From: Azolla caroliniana
Taxonomy: Eukaryota > Plantae > Polypodiophyta
Reading direction: 5' to 3'
Assembly (NCBI GenBank): GCA_043228905.1
Contig: JBHGNT010000007.1
Coordinates: forward strand, 14,880,001-14,944,000
DNA length: 64,000 nucleotides
Shown piece by piece: positions 36,937-50,053 of this stretch. Numbering within the stretch: position 1 is the stretch's first letter; each line of letters begins with the position of its first letter. The notes under the pieces are model-generated. The model ran no database searches, had not been told where the DNA came from, and saw only the letters and a program-made list of their open reading frames with translations. Both the position numbers and the translations under genes were made by a program.

Positions 36937-38557
36937 GCACCGGAGATTTCCGGATGCAGAGCATGTGCTGCTGACCGATGAGAGGGAGCCAGAAAGTTTC
37001 GAGGAAGCTAAAAGTGACGCCCACAACCGCAAATGGTTAAGTGCCATGCAGGATGAGATGGATTCCCTGCATGAGAACCATACGTACGAATTGGTGGAGT
37101 TGCCGAAAGGAAAGCGGGCACTCCGAAACAAGTGGGTGTACAAGTTGAAACCGGGAGATGACGGCAACCCCCCGAGATACAAAGCCAGGATCGTGGTGAA
37201 GGGGTTCCAGCAAAAGAAGGGCGTGGACTTCGACGAGATATTTGCCCCGGTAGTAAAGATGACCTCCATCTGGACAGTGCTAAGCATAGCGGCAAGCATG
37301 GACCTCGAGGTAGAGCAGTTGGACGTGAAGACGGCATTCCTTCATGGTGACCACGAAGAGGAGATCTACATGCAGCAACCGGAAGGATTCGTGGAGAAGG
37401 GGAAGGAGCCCCTGGTTTGCCGGTTGAAGAAGAACTTGTACAGACTGAAGCAGGCTCCTCGACAATGGTACCGGAAGTTCGACTCCTTCATGACCGATCA
37501 AGGGTACCACAAGATGCAGGCAGATCATTGCGTGTTTGTGAAGAAGTTTGAAGGAGGCGACTGCCTAATACTCCTTCTGTACGTGGACGACATGTTGATC
37601 GTCAAACGGGACCAAGCCAAAATACGGATGCTGAAGAAGGCTCTCAACCGAACCTTCGCGATGAAAGACTTGGGTCCAGCGAGACAAATGCTGGGGATGC
37701 ATATCATCCAGAACCGGCCAACGAAGCAACTGTGGCTGTCACAGGAGAAGTACGTGACAAAGGTGCTTCAGCGGTTCAACATGTCAGATGCGAAACCGGT
37801 TGGATCGACACTTCCGGCAAACTGCAAGTTATCCGGTAAGCAAAGCCCGAAGACGAAAGCAGAGAAGGCGGATATGATGAAGGTTCCATATGCCTCTGCC
37901 GTCGGGAGCCTAATGTACACAATGGTGTGTACCCGACCGGATATAGGATACGCAGTCGGAGTGGTGAGCCAGTTTATGAGCAATCCTGGCAAGGAGCACT
38001 GGAACGCAGTCAAATGGATACTCCGGTACTTGGAGGGCACTTCGAACATGTGTCTTCGATTCGGCTCCGGAAAACCTCAACTTGACGGTTTTACCGATTC
38101 GGACATGTCGGCTGATGTGGATACCAGCCGGTCTACATCCAGGTATGTAATGACATATGCAGGGGGAGCTGTTTCGTGGCAGTCGAGGCTGCAGAAGACG
38201 GTTGCGTTGTCAACCACGGAGGCGGAGTACATGGCGGTTGTGGAAGCCGGCAAGGAAATATTATGGATGAAGGACTTCATCAGAGAGCTCGGTATCCAGC
38301 AAGATGAATATCGGCTCTATTGCGACACTCAAAGTGCCATCCACCTTGCTAAGAATGTGGCCTACCATTCCCGGACGAAGCATATCCAGCGTAGGTATCA
38401 TTGGATCCGGGAAAGAGTAGATGACCAAGAGTTCGCCCTGACCAAGATCCACACGGCCGAGAATGGGTCAGATATGCTGACCAAAGTACTGATACCCGAC
38501 AAGCTGGATGCATGCCGGAAGCGAGTCGGACTAGTAAGACGTCCCATGCCGGAGTGA
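36937..38557 (+). pseudogene. G RT-RNase H (frame open but separated from gag-INT)
   Basis: YKARIVVKG, QLDVKTAFLHG, LYVDDM, FTDSD and TKHI. Confidence 0.93.
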
Positions 38558-38916
38558 AGGGGGAGTTTGTTAGGAAACAAGTCCCTCTGGATGGGAAATG
38601 AGAAGAACAGTACTGATGAGCAAACTCGGCCAAGGCCGATAGGCCGAGGCCGAATCCGGATTTGGAGTACCCAGCTACGGAAGACCCGGTGAGAACCGGA
38701 AGTGGTGTACCCGGCAAGCGCCGGATGATGCCGACCTAGTGAGAAGTGCTCACCGGATGAAGGGACATATTCGTAAATATGTTTCTGAGAGTCCATCGGG
38801 GCTATATGTGTAAATAGCCGAAAAGTCATATTAGTATTAATATGACTTAGGGAAAACTCTTTTATAGTTGTTGTCATTCTTGTTGGCGCAAGAAGAGAGT
38901 GCGCTTAACAGTGTAC

Positions 38917-38961
<45 letters not shown>

Positions 38962-39238
38962 GAGATCATTGCCTCTGTTGTAACCGCCGCCTGTGGCGAA
39001 GATAATGAGCACGAGGTCGTTGCCTCCGTGAACTCACTGTTGTAATCATTGTGATATAGTGATAGTTTGGAGTCTGTGGACTCCCGTGGTTTTTCCCTCT
39101 CAGGGTTTTCCACGTTAAACATCCTGTGTTGTCTTCTCTCCTTTGTGTCGTGCTTTCATTCCCCGTTTTCTGCGTTTGATCTTAGACTCGGTTGTGGTCG
39201 AGCGGTGTTCATCGGAGCGTGCAGTTCCTGTCAAAAAC

Positions 39239-42200
39239 ACCCCACACGTGTACCATAGGAAGGAAACCTTGTACTATAGATAGGAAATTTTGGTTCTCCG
39301 ACAACAGAGGTTGTACGATAATCGGCATTAGCGGCCCGGAGAAGAAACGGGCGGAGGGACGTCTCAGGGTGTGCGGAAACCTAGGCACCGACGACGACAT
39401 TGGTGGAGCTGTGGAGACGGTCTCTTTCGACGACACCCTAGGGGAATTAAAGAGGGTGTTCGAAGAAGGCCTCAGCGAAGACCGGACGATTCCGATTAGT
39501 TCGGAAATAATGTACGAAGTCATCGCCGACTTCGGGAAGAGGGTCGAGTTGGATCGGACGGCCCATGTGCATACGAAGCACAAGATTGTGGACCGGAAGG
39601 TGAGGCCAGTTGTGGTACCCTTGCCGGAGGGCAGAGAGTTGCGAATGAAAGGGGTCGCGTCGGACCCAAGTCTACGAGATCCGGCGGACATAGGACACCG
39701 GTTCACCAACATAACACTATGGGAGCTCAAGGTTGGTGGGGCTAGCTTTCTACTGCCGACAGAGGAGGAACAGTTTCAAAGAATGCTCGAGAGGCACAGG
39801 AAGGGCTTCGCATTCTCGCGGAAGAGATCGGGTGCGTGGACCCGATGGTTATCTTCACAGTACCGCATGTGCCGTGGAATCTCAAACCGATTCCAGTACC
39901 CAGAGCTCACATCCCGAAGCTGATGGAGCTGCTGAAGTAGAAGGTGGAGATGGGCATGCTCGAACCATTAAGTGCCCCATACTCGAATCGGTGGTTTACC
40001 GTGCCTAAGAACAACGGCACGGCCGGTCAACAAGGTGACCATTCGGAACGCAGGAATCGGACCGACCATTGACGAGTTCGCGGAGGCCTTCGCCGGAAGA
40101 TCGATTTGCTCGGTCGGGGATCTGTACTTGGGGTACGACCAATTCCAACTAGCCGTGGAGAGCAGGGATATTACGACAATGCAGACTCCTCTCGGCCTAG
40201 TGCGGATGTGTACCCTTCCGCAAGGGGGGACAAACTCGGTAGCGCACATGGTGAATGCGATGAATAAGGTGCTAAGGGACTGCATCCCGGACATCACCAT
40301 GCCGTTTTTGGATAACATTCCGATCAAGGGATGTCCGGTGGAGGATAAGGACGAAACGGTCAGACCGGACGGGTGTCGGAAATTCGTCTCGAACCACATC
40401 GGAGAATGTGAGAAGGTGCTACAGAAGCTGGAAGGCGCACGGCTCACCTTCTCCTGGGAGAAATCGGCTTTCAGACAATCGAAAATCATCGTCGTCGAAC
40501 ACCTGTGCGGGCCTTATGGCCGGAAGCTGTCTCCGGCTAAGGTTGAAGCTATCTCTGCGATGAAGGAAGACTACAGGTCGGTTACAGAAGTCCGGAGGTT
40601 CTTGGGAGCTTGCGCGTTCTACCACATTTGGATACCGCATTACGCCCATATCGTGGAGCCGTTCTATGGGTTGTTGAAGAAAGGGCAGAAGTTTGAACGG
40701 AGCGGGGAGCATGCGGAGTCGGTCCGGAAAATGAAAGAAGCACTTGTCGCGGCACCGGCACTCCAGAAAGCGGTCTACAGTAAACATGTTCCGATTTATG
40801 TGACCGTAGACATGAGTCCGACCAGAATCAGATGGGTGATCAACCAGGAGGATGAGAACAGCACGAGGTTCCCCATCCGGTTCAGTGCGAAAGTACTTAG
40901 CGAGCGACAGCGAGGATACGCCCAGGTTAAACGCGAACTCTAGGGTATCGTTTCGGCGGTCAAGGCCGACAAAGACTACCTGATCGGGATAGAGGTAGTA
41001 ATAGAGACGGACTGTCTACCGATTCTCGATATGGTTTTCGGATGCGAGACGCCGGACCTAGCAATGCTCAGGTGGATAGCGTACATTAAGTCCCTGAATC
41101 CGGAGATACGGCACATCTCCGGGAAAGACAACGTCATGGCCGACATTCTTTCGAGAGAGAGGTTTGATGACGAGAGCGGCATGTTTTCGGAGGATGAGCA
41201 AGTCAGCGTGGACTTCTTCGAGACGGCTTACGTGACGACAAGAAAGGGGAGCACTCCGACGTTTAATGAGTTCGACGAGAGCAAGTACGATGTGGAGTGG
41301 CTCCAGATCACTGGGTTCCTGAAAAAGATGGCGCCGGACGCGGCATTTACAAAGGAAGAGGCTAACCGGATCCGGAAGAAAGCGTACCAATTCTTCCTAC
41401 GGGACGAGAGCATATGGAAGCACCCGAAGAAGCGAGATGGCGTCCCACTCTAGGTGGTGGCGAAGAAGGAGGAGCAGGAAGCATTGTTGATGGCATACCA
41501 CGAGAGTCCTTGGCCCGAACATCGGGGGACATGGGCCACGTTCGAGAAGTTGAAGGAGAAGTACTAGTGGCCGGGACTGTATCGGGATGTGCATCGGTTC
41601 GTAACGACTTGTGAAAGCTATCAGATGCATTCCATAGTCTGACATCGGGACGAGTTGCACCCGACTTACCCGCCGACCATCCACTTCAAGTGGATGGTGG
41701 ATCTGGTGATGATGTTGATGGGGGTAGGGCAGATGCGATACCTGGTGCTAGCACGAGAGGACCTGAGGAACCAAGTGGAGGGTCGAGCGTTACCAAACAA
41801 GATGATCGCGGCCGTGTGCCGGTTCCTAATCGAAGAGGTGGTATGTCGGTACAGGTGCGTGGGGAAGATCGTAGCGGACCGTAGAGAACTAGATGCACAA
41901 GAGGTCGAAGAGTTGTTTGATCGGTTAGGGGTTAAACTCTTGTTCACCACAGCGTACAATCCAGAGGCAAACGAGAAGGTGGAACACGGACACAGGCCAA
42001 TCGTAAAGGCGTTGGTACATGCATGTGAAGGCCAAGTCAGGAATTGGCCGCGGCTCCTACCTTACGTGTTGTGGGCTGACCGAACTACACACAGTTCGGT
42101 AACCGGATTCATACCGGCGGAGCTTATGTACGGGCAGAAGCCGATCATGCCGATGGAGCGAACGATCTCCTCGTGGGCCACAGTGGACTAGAGAAACGAG

Positions 42201-42635
42201 ATGAGCCAGGAGGAGCTGTTAGCGGCACGAATCCGACAGCTCGAGGGAAGACCGGAGGACGTGGAACGAGCAACAACGAACCTGCGTGCGGCAAGGACAA
42301 AGAACAAGGGACAATTCGACCGGACTCACTGACTACGACCGAAGAAAATCGAGGAACGCGACTGGGTTCTGGTCTACGACAGCAGCCTCGACAACCAGCA
42401 CAAGGCAATGAGGAAATTTGCGAGGAGGTGGTTCGGACCTTACACGGTGACAAGCGCCAACGACAACGGCACCTACCATCTCACGGAGCTCGACGGAACG
42501 AGGATAGTTGTGCCGGAGGCCGGGAAGAGGATCAAGGCGTTCAAGAAGCGGCACGAGGACGAACCGGATCTAGAGGACATAGATAGCGACGGCAACCGGT
42601 TCGGAGCGGATGGCGATCCGGAGAACGAAAGATAA
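39239..42635 (+). pseudogene. pol: E pol remnants (RT, RNase H, integrase)
   Basis: DLYLGYDQF, LPQGGTNS and PFLDN; TVDMS and KREL; WMVDLV, TAYNPEAN and WFGPY. Confidence 0.9.
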
Positions 42636-42708
42636 GCGTGGGCTGGTCTTCTCCGGCAAAGGTCTATTCTGACACATACCGGTAGATGCACAGTTAGGTA
42701 GGGGCGGA

Positions 42709-43358
42709 TGTCGTGGAGAAAACCGTCCCTAGGAGGAATCGGTGGATAGTGTGCGTGAATCGGCCCTTACACAAGGGCACATGCTTTGATGTATTGTGCA
42801 TAGTTATGTACAGGTCGGCGTAATGAATATCCTAGGTAGCGCGTATTCATTAGGTAGGGAATCAAGGAGTATCTCTGTCCAAAAGGACAGAGAATGAAAG
42901 TTGATGTAACAAACTGTAACGGCTCTCTCTCCCTGGGATATAAAAGGAGAGAAAAGGGGACTGAGTGGGCATTGGGTTATCGAGGACAAAGTGTTGTCGG
43001 ACTGGAATCGAGCTCTTCTCCTCTATCTTTCATCATTCTCTGCAGGTTTTGGGAGGCTACCTTTGCTTCGTGGAAAGCCCGAGTGCTTCCAGCAGAGGCT
43101 CCATCTCGCGTTGTTGTGTGAGTTGTGTGAGTTGGTGTCAACATGTTGACGCTTATCGGCTAGCCGGCTGTAGTCTTGATCATGTATATATATATTTGCC
43201 TTATTCGTTGTTTGATCTTGATTGTGAGTTCTCTATGTATTTGTGTGCACGGCTCGGCCGTGGTTTCGTGGTGCTCCTCCCTCTGTTCGGTTATTCCCCG
43301 GTTCAGGGCCCCCACGGTCCCGCCTTGGTTTCTCCTACGTGTGTAGAATAACACAACA
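42709..43358 (+). repeat. 3' LTR of E
   Basis: Follows AGGTAGGGGCGGA; TGTCGTG...CACAACA ends; TATAAAAGG at ~42939. Confidence 0.75.
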
Positions 43359-44340
43359 TTGCGCTCCTCGTCCGATACGGTTCCGCCTCCTGCGACCCAT
43401 TCGGTTCTGCACTCCTCGACCCTCTCGGTCGACTTGTCTCCTCATACGGCCTTTCCGGGCTCCTTCGTTGTTATGACCCCGGTGCTTCTCGACCCGTCAG
43501 TTCCTCCATGTCAGTGTCGACTTCCGTTGCCTCCTCATCTATTTGGCCTTGAGTTGATCCGGCTCATCCAAATCAAACACCTCTTCCAAACCCGGTGCCT
43601 CCAATTCATTCCAACTCTTGTCTAAATTGGTTGTATCCAATTGTTCATCAATCTTCAAGCCCTTTACCATATCAGACCATGTCCAGGTCTTGGCCTTCTC
43701 GTTCCAGTCGGCTCTGTCCTTCTTCACTCTGTCGATGTCACTGTTTGTTCTGACTTCATCGGATGTGCTGACTTCTTCAGTGGGCTCGGCTTCCATTTTC
43801 TTCTTGTCTCCCCCTTCTTCAGTTGGCTTTTGCTTGGGGTCTCGATTCCGGTGGCTCCCCATGCGTCGTTCTCGGCTTTCTCGGTCATCCCATGCACTCT
43901 GACTTCTTCAGTCGGGCCGAAGTCGAAATGGGTTTCCGACTTGTCTTTCTCATTCATCCTTTCATTCCTGCCCCTCAAGTTCGGCATATCGAGGTACTGC
44001 ACACCCAGTGCACCAGAAAAATGCCGCAACTTGTCTTAAGCTGAGGGGTTTGGTGAAGATGTCGGCCACCTGCCGATCCGTCAGAACATGTAGTAATACC
44101 ACTTCACCGGAGAGAATGCGCTCTCAGATGAAATGATAGTAAACCTCGATGTGCTTAGGCCGTGCGTGAAAGACGGGGTTTTTGCCAACTGGATGTTGTT
44201 GAGGTTGTCACAATAGATCGACGTCGGATCAAACACCTCCACCCGCAGATCCTTCAGGAGCCGATTGAGCCAAATGGCTTCGCATGTCGCGACAACCGCT
44301 CCTCGGTACTCGGCCTCAGTGCTCAACACTGCTACTATCG
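43359..44340 (-). mobile_element. Element F (right piece): copia RNase H end plus C-terminal extension
   Basis: LSTEAEYRG..CDNL..; LRGR; KAKTWTWSDMVKGLK is shared with B. Confidence 0.88.
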
Positions 44341-44584
44341 ATTGACTGGCTTTATTTTACAGTTTCTAAATTCTGTAAACTACATAACAATACAAACTGT
44401 TTAAAATTCTGTAAACAGGCCAAACAAATGAATGCCTCCGCTCATAAAGCCCGTCAACATCTACTAGTTAAGAATGTAAGTGATTGATAATCAATTGGGA
44501 CGTGGCAATGCTTATCACTAGGGCATGATAATATGCAATTGGTATACAATGATCAAGAAAAAATCCTCAATAAACATTAAAAGA

Positions 44585-44910
44585 CTTCATGAAAAGACTT
44601 TTTTATTTATTCCCAAATTAAGGTATGAGCTTGTTCCACTTCATTGATCCACATTCCAAGAAATTTTGGCATGAATGAGTCGAAACAAAAAACCATCTGA
44701 AATATCATGAAAAGACTTTTTATTTATTCCCAGATAAGGTATGAGCTTGTTCCACTTCATTGATCTACATTCCAAGAATGTAGAGTTTGGCATGAATGAG
44801 TCGAAACAAAAAACCATCTGAAACATTACACAACTCTTATTTTTATTCGCAGCGGAAGATATGTTCCACTTCATTGATCTACAGAGAAAAGTTTGGCATA
44901 AATAGAAACC
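44585..44910. repeat. ~120-bp tandem repeat, ~2.7 copies
   Basis: TGTTCCACTTCATTGATC recurs at ~44632, 44747 and 44862. Confidence 0.8.
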
Positions 44911-45027
44911 AAAAAAAGCATTTGAAAACATTAAAAAAACTCTGCTTGAAAGGTTTTTATTTATTCACAACAGTACAGCTCAAGATATATGAGATTAAGC
45001 CACTTCATTGAGCCACTTCACATTGAG

Positions 45028-47174
45028 CTACATGACATAGGAAAGGGCTTGCTCCCACCAATAGTGCATTTGATTTTGAGAAGGAGATCGTGGATATTGG
45101 CTATGACGTTCCTCATACCTCTCATGCTCTCCTCGACCATAACGTTCTTCTTGAGAATATGGCCGACGTTCCTCATACCTCTCATCCTCATGATCATGCT
45201 CTCCTCGACGAGAATGTGACCTTGTTCTTGATTCTTCTTTTCTCGCATCATAAGGAGGGAATTCTTCTTGAGAGTGTGACCTTGTTCTTGATCCTTCTTT
45301 TCTGGCATCATAAGGAGGAAATATAATCTCTTGGTCCCTACCCAACTCCTCAAGGGTTTGTCGATCCACATTGAAAGCTGCAGCAAGAATTTCCTTTGGG
45401 ATGCCATGGTATACAGAGTTGCGACCCGCAAGGAAAGAAATTGATGGCCTAGGAAAACAAGGCATCAAAACCCAATGCAGCATTTATATAAAAGGAGTAA
45501 GCAAACAAGAGACTAAAAAAGGACATTAAACCTTAAAAATAAACCATCAACAATGCTAGTACCTATGCGATGTTAGGAAGCTAACCATCTCAAGCCCTTC
45601 TTCGCCAGCAACCTTGATCAAGGGGAAGAATTGCGGTACGAGTATGAAGGAGCCTCGATGCACCTCCTCATTGAACACCCGTCGTCCGTCACCATTCGAT
45701 ACTTGAATCCGTCCACTACCGCGAGTTACATAGATAAGCTGGTGAGCATTAGTAGAGAATCCAGGAGCCACCATAGCATTCTAGCAAAATGCAAGAAACG
45801 GAGGATAAACATGTCAAAAGACGTATAGATGCTCTTGGTCCACACTAAAGACCTCCAACTCTAAATGATTGGGAATAGTTCAACCCAATCATTCTTACCT
45901 CCTGAAGGGAGACTCTCCCCACACTAAATCCAACATTGTGAAGTGCAGGCAACTTCTGGGAGGTAATAATGCTCATGAAGCCGCCATTCTCGACGAAGAT
46001 ATCAGGCTGAGGTGATGGTGTATATTGAAGCTCCTGAAAGATGTTCAAGGAGGCACCATCATCAAACAATGCTTCTTCTTCATTACGCCATCGTCGACTC
46101 CTCCCAGATGAGGATGAAGAGGAGTATTTTGCGGAGCGAGAACTTGTCTCAGGGAAGCGAATCAGACTACGAGCACGAACTATGCCAACCTCAGTTTGGC
46201 TCTCGAGAAGCGACCCGATTGTGTCTTCTTCAACTCCCCAAGCAGTGGCTAGTGCCTTGTGACTGAAGCCGTGAAGGAAGGATCCGAATCGACGTTGTTG
46301 TCCACCTGAGAGGAAAAATTGCTACAAGCACAGCACATCGGAAAACACATCAAATTTGATCATGTTATAGCTGTCTCTCTATAAATGTAGAAGGATTAAA
46401 AAGAAAATAATGGAGGCCTTCTTCTTCTTACATTGTAGTGACTAGGATGAGGAGAGGCAAGGCTAGATATGTCAGCAAGGCTAGATATGTCAGCAGCACA
46501 CAAGACGCGATGCACCTCCTTCCCACAATTATACCACCAATAGATGGTACCCTTCGGAAGAGCAATCACATCTCCCCTCTCCACTCGTCGAACATATGGT
46601 CCAGAGCCGATAATGCCACTACCACTTCCACTTGGGAGGACAGCACCCATATATCCACAACCTAACCAAATACATTCATGTAGATTCATAATAATACATT
46701 CATAATACATCATCATTTGTTGTTGGATGGATCAAACCAATCTTATATTATGATTACGATACCTTGGATCACATAAGCAACCTTGGGGACATTCGCATAG
46801 TTCGGCAAAAGCAAGCCGTCTTGCTCGAGCTCTAGCTCTGCAAGCCCGACCCCGACATTGCGGATGGCACCACCTATATCATCTTCCATCCAAACACGCA
46901 CTACCCCACCTTCGGTTCGTAACACCTCACAAGGTTCCCCAAGATCTAGATCAAGGCTCTCCTCTTTCTGTCTATCATCATGATTATCGAGCATAGAACT
47001 TAATGTCGTAGTATAGAGATTCGATCGACCTTTGCAACCTTCCGATGACGAATATTCGGAAGGAGCATCGCGACCTTCCAATGAAGCATATGATTCATCC
47101 ACCACACAACCTAGAAGAAGCAGCAACAACACCCATAGCATCAAATGGTTGTAGTAACGCATCATGAGCATCAT
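45028..47174 (-). CDS. 11S globulin/legumin-like bicupin storage protein, 5 exons (47174-46763, 46661-46432, 46321-45899, 45780-45563, 45448-45028), ~567 aa
   Basis: Signal peptide; GLLLPNYANVPKVAYVIQG; RGDVIALPKGTIYWWYN; NAHQLIYVTRGSGRIQV; SFLAGRNSVY..IP.EIL..AFNV. GT-AG introns give one continuous frame (1704 nt). Confidence 0.9.
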
Positions 47175-47260
47175 ATTGAAGGGATATCTTTGTGGAAACA
47201 GAGAGGATATATAGATGTGATACAACAAAACTGGAGATTGAGGAGGGCATATCATTTACA

Positions 47261-47264
<4 letters not shown>

Positions 47265-47317
<53 letters not shown>
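47265..47317. repeat. (AT)n microsatellite in the proximal promoter of the cupin gene
   Basis: Direct reading of the sequence. Confidence 0.95.
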
Positions 47318-47321
<4 letters not shown>

Positions 47322-47332
47322 CTATTGTAATG

Positions 47333-47372
47333 GCATGCAAGGGATTGTGCATGGAGGTGTGTCCACATGGCA
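47333..47372 (-). promoter_or_regulatory. RY (CATGCA) and G-box-like (CCACATGGC) motifs upstream of the storage-protein gene
   Basis: CATGCA ~47334, TGCATG ~47348 and CACATG ~47365; function is inferred from seed storage-gene promoters. Confidence 0.45.
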
Positions 47373-48232
47373 CGACAGTTCAAGGGTGATGATCATCATG
47401 AATGTAATATTATTAATCATTAAGCATTATCGTTGTTTTCCAACCTATGGTGTAGTAGGTGGTTCCTTTAGTATAAGCTCATTTATCTATGTCGAAGCAT
47501 CACATGAAATGTTTTCTCTCCCTTCATAAAAAAGATCTTACGGGCTACAAAATCAAGCAATGACATCCATTATACGTTTGGTAATCAGTTTTTGGTGGTT
47601 ACATGTCACTTGATAATTCCTTTGCATGCAACATGTTGCGCAACAAGGGTGATGGAATCATAACTTTATATAATGTAACAAACCTTCTAACAATCCTACA
47701 AGGCTCCTAATGTGACATCTTGTTTAAAGCTACAAAGTAAGTCAGATATTGCCAATGCTTTTGTTTACTTAATATGAGCTTTTTTCAAACTTGTTAAGAA
47801 ATTACAATGGAGAGTACTTGCCCACCTTATTTGTAGCATTGATTTAAATAACATACATAATTAGTGACCACTCCTCTACTATGTTAAACATCAACATGCA
47901 TGTGTTGTAATCACCTTGCCCAAGGTTCCTTCTAAAGATTACTTCTAATTTGTATTTACTTGCAATCATGCCCAAACATATTTCATAAGTCATCACTCAT
48001 ATGCCCAAACACTACAAAGTCATTCTATATAACTTGCATGAATAGGACCTGAAGAATGGTTGGAACTTGGAATATAACAAGATGATCCTTCGAAATGTTT
48101 TTTGGCTTGTTTTCAATCCGAATATGATGACAACCAAGACAAATGCTCTCCACTCGATGATGAATGCAATTTTCTTCGAATATTATATTGTCGTACAGAC
48201 TTGGTAATATAAACTATCAAAACCATACAAGA

Positions 48233-48773
48233 TGTTGAAATGACTTGAATTAATTGGTGTGGTTTACGGAAAGCCATGTCTCTCATCTGCATGATCTACA
48301 CAAAGCATGATAACTAATTGCAAAGTCATCACTCTTGGTGAATATATGAAGGCCACGTGCATCACTACTATAAAAAGTCGGTGAAGTGAAGGCTATAAAA
48401 AGGCAGCCTTAGTCGTTTGAAGGTGCATCAAAAAAATAGAAGACCACCAAGAGTTGTAGGCTTGTGAGATGTGAGAGAATTAGAAAGTTGTGAGCTTGTG
48501 AGTTTGGGAAACACTAGTAGGAGAAAATTCTGGTCAGAGAATTGTGAGGTTATTCTCTTGGGTGTTGGGTTTAATTAGAGAATATTTTCTCTAATTGTTG
48601 TAAACTCTTTGTTATATTTTCTTATAGTGGAATCTCTCTCTTGTCCGTGGACGTAGGCTAATTTGGCCGAACCACGTAAATACTTGTGTCATTTATTTCT
48701 TCGCTCCTATATTATCATATTATTGTCGTCTATTTAATCTGATGTACTATTTGATCCGAGAGCCAGCCTAACA
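48233..48773 (+). mobile_element. Solo LTR (copia-type)
   Basis: TGTTG..TAACA ends; perfect TSD CAAGA; CCGTGGACGTAGGC..GCCGAACCACGTAAA motif. Confidence 0.9.
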
Positions 48774-49557
48774 CAAGAAATATAAATTCATGGTTTTATC
48801 TAGAATGGAGTTAGTAAAGAATAAAGAAAAAATATAATTGCGACTACATTGAGGTTGACATATTCCAAGGATACCATGACCTTGCCATTCCACTTGGAAA
48901 TGACCACAATTGGGATGAGTTAGCTTATTGATCTCCTCCTTGACTTGAGGCACATAGTCATCCCAAAATACTCTTTGAATTACCAATAGATTACATACAT
49001 ACATATGTTCATACACATACACACTCACATACATACAATCAATATAAATATACATATAAATGCATACCAACACGTGTAATAAACCCACCTAAGAATACTA
49101 GAGATTAAACCTATTCCCCAAAACCAACAAGTGTTGAAAGCGGTATCCCACGAGCTCTCCAATGTCGACGACTCAAAACAATTCCACCCTCCTTTGTTCA
49201 AGCCCCCATGGTCCTATTCACATTTCATATGCATGCCCGCATGTTCGCAATATCTTCTTCCTCTTGTAACACACACATGTAAAAGAGGGTAGCTATGATG
49301 TGAAGGTTTATTGTAGCATCTTTAGGTTTGTATGGTTCCTTCAATTTTGCCCAATGTTTTGCAACTGCATATGTGAGTTTTGAATTATAACATCTAATTG
49401 TTTTTCATCTATATTTAGTATTATCTCCAATCCAACTCTTTGGTCTACTTTCCGTCACTCCTTCTATTTATCTAACTATCAATTGCTAGGTTCACGACTC
49501 GCACTAATTGTGACTTGGAAGAGCTTGTCAACATCAAGTAGAAGTTTCATTTGAGTC

Positions 49558-50053
49558 TAGCAATGGGCACAGTTCAGTTTCAAGGCAAAGAAACTAAACT
49601 GAACCGTTTATATAAAACAAAAACCAAACCAAACCGTTTATGAACTCTCAAGTCTTTAAACCAAACCATTTAAGAAAAAGTAAACCAAACCATTTAGGGA
49701 AAAGTTGAAACCAAACCAAAACATTTAATAAAAAATTTAAATCTAACCATTTACATGAAACTAATTAGTTATGTAAATAAACAAACATACATTAAATTAA
49801 ATAAGCATTTAAGTTAAATTTATTAAATCAATAAAAACCCATTACTTAAACCATTAAATTAATAAACTATTAAAGTAAAAAAAAGTTAACCCATAAACCT
49901 TTAAACCAGTTACCAAACCTATAAACCCGAGTTTAGAACCGAATCAAACCATTTATCGAAAATCCAAACCGTTAATTTTTTTGGAACCAATAAACTGTTA
50001 AACCATGGCTTAACGGTTCAGTTCGGTTTGAGCCAAAACCGTGCCCATTGTTA
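49558..50053. mobile_element. hAT-type MITE
   Basis: TIRs TAGCAATGGGCAC / GTGCCCATTGTTA; 8-bp TSD TTTGAGTC/TTTGAGTG; AAACC subterminal repeats. Confidence 0.88.

Larger units (their letters stand above)
30776..39233 (+). mobile_element. Element G: full-length Ty1/copia interrupted by LINE H
   Basis: LTRs 30776-31485 and 38568-39233; TSD GAAAC/AAAAC; PBS-iMet 31489-31500; PPT GAAGGGGGAG 38556-38565. Confidence 0.96.
17342..43358 (+). mobile_element. Element E: decayed Ty3/gypsy with a tRNA-Trp PBS, hosting a solo LTR, D and G
   Basis: 5' LTR 17342-28604 (minus inserts) ends CACGACA; PBS 28609-28625; gag/PR 28644-30714; RT/RH/INT 39239-42635; PPT ~42696-42708; 3' LTR 42709-43358. Confidence 0.85.
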
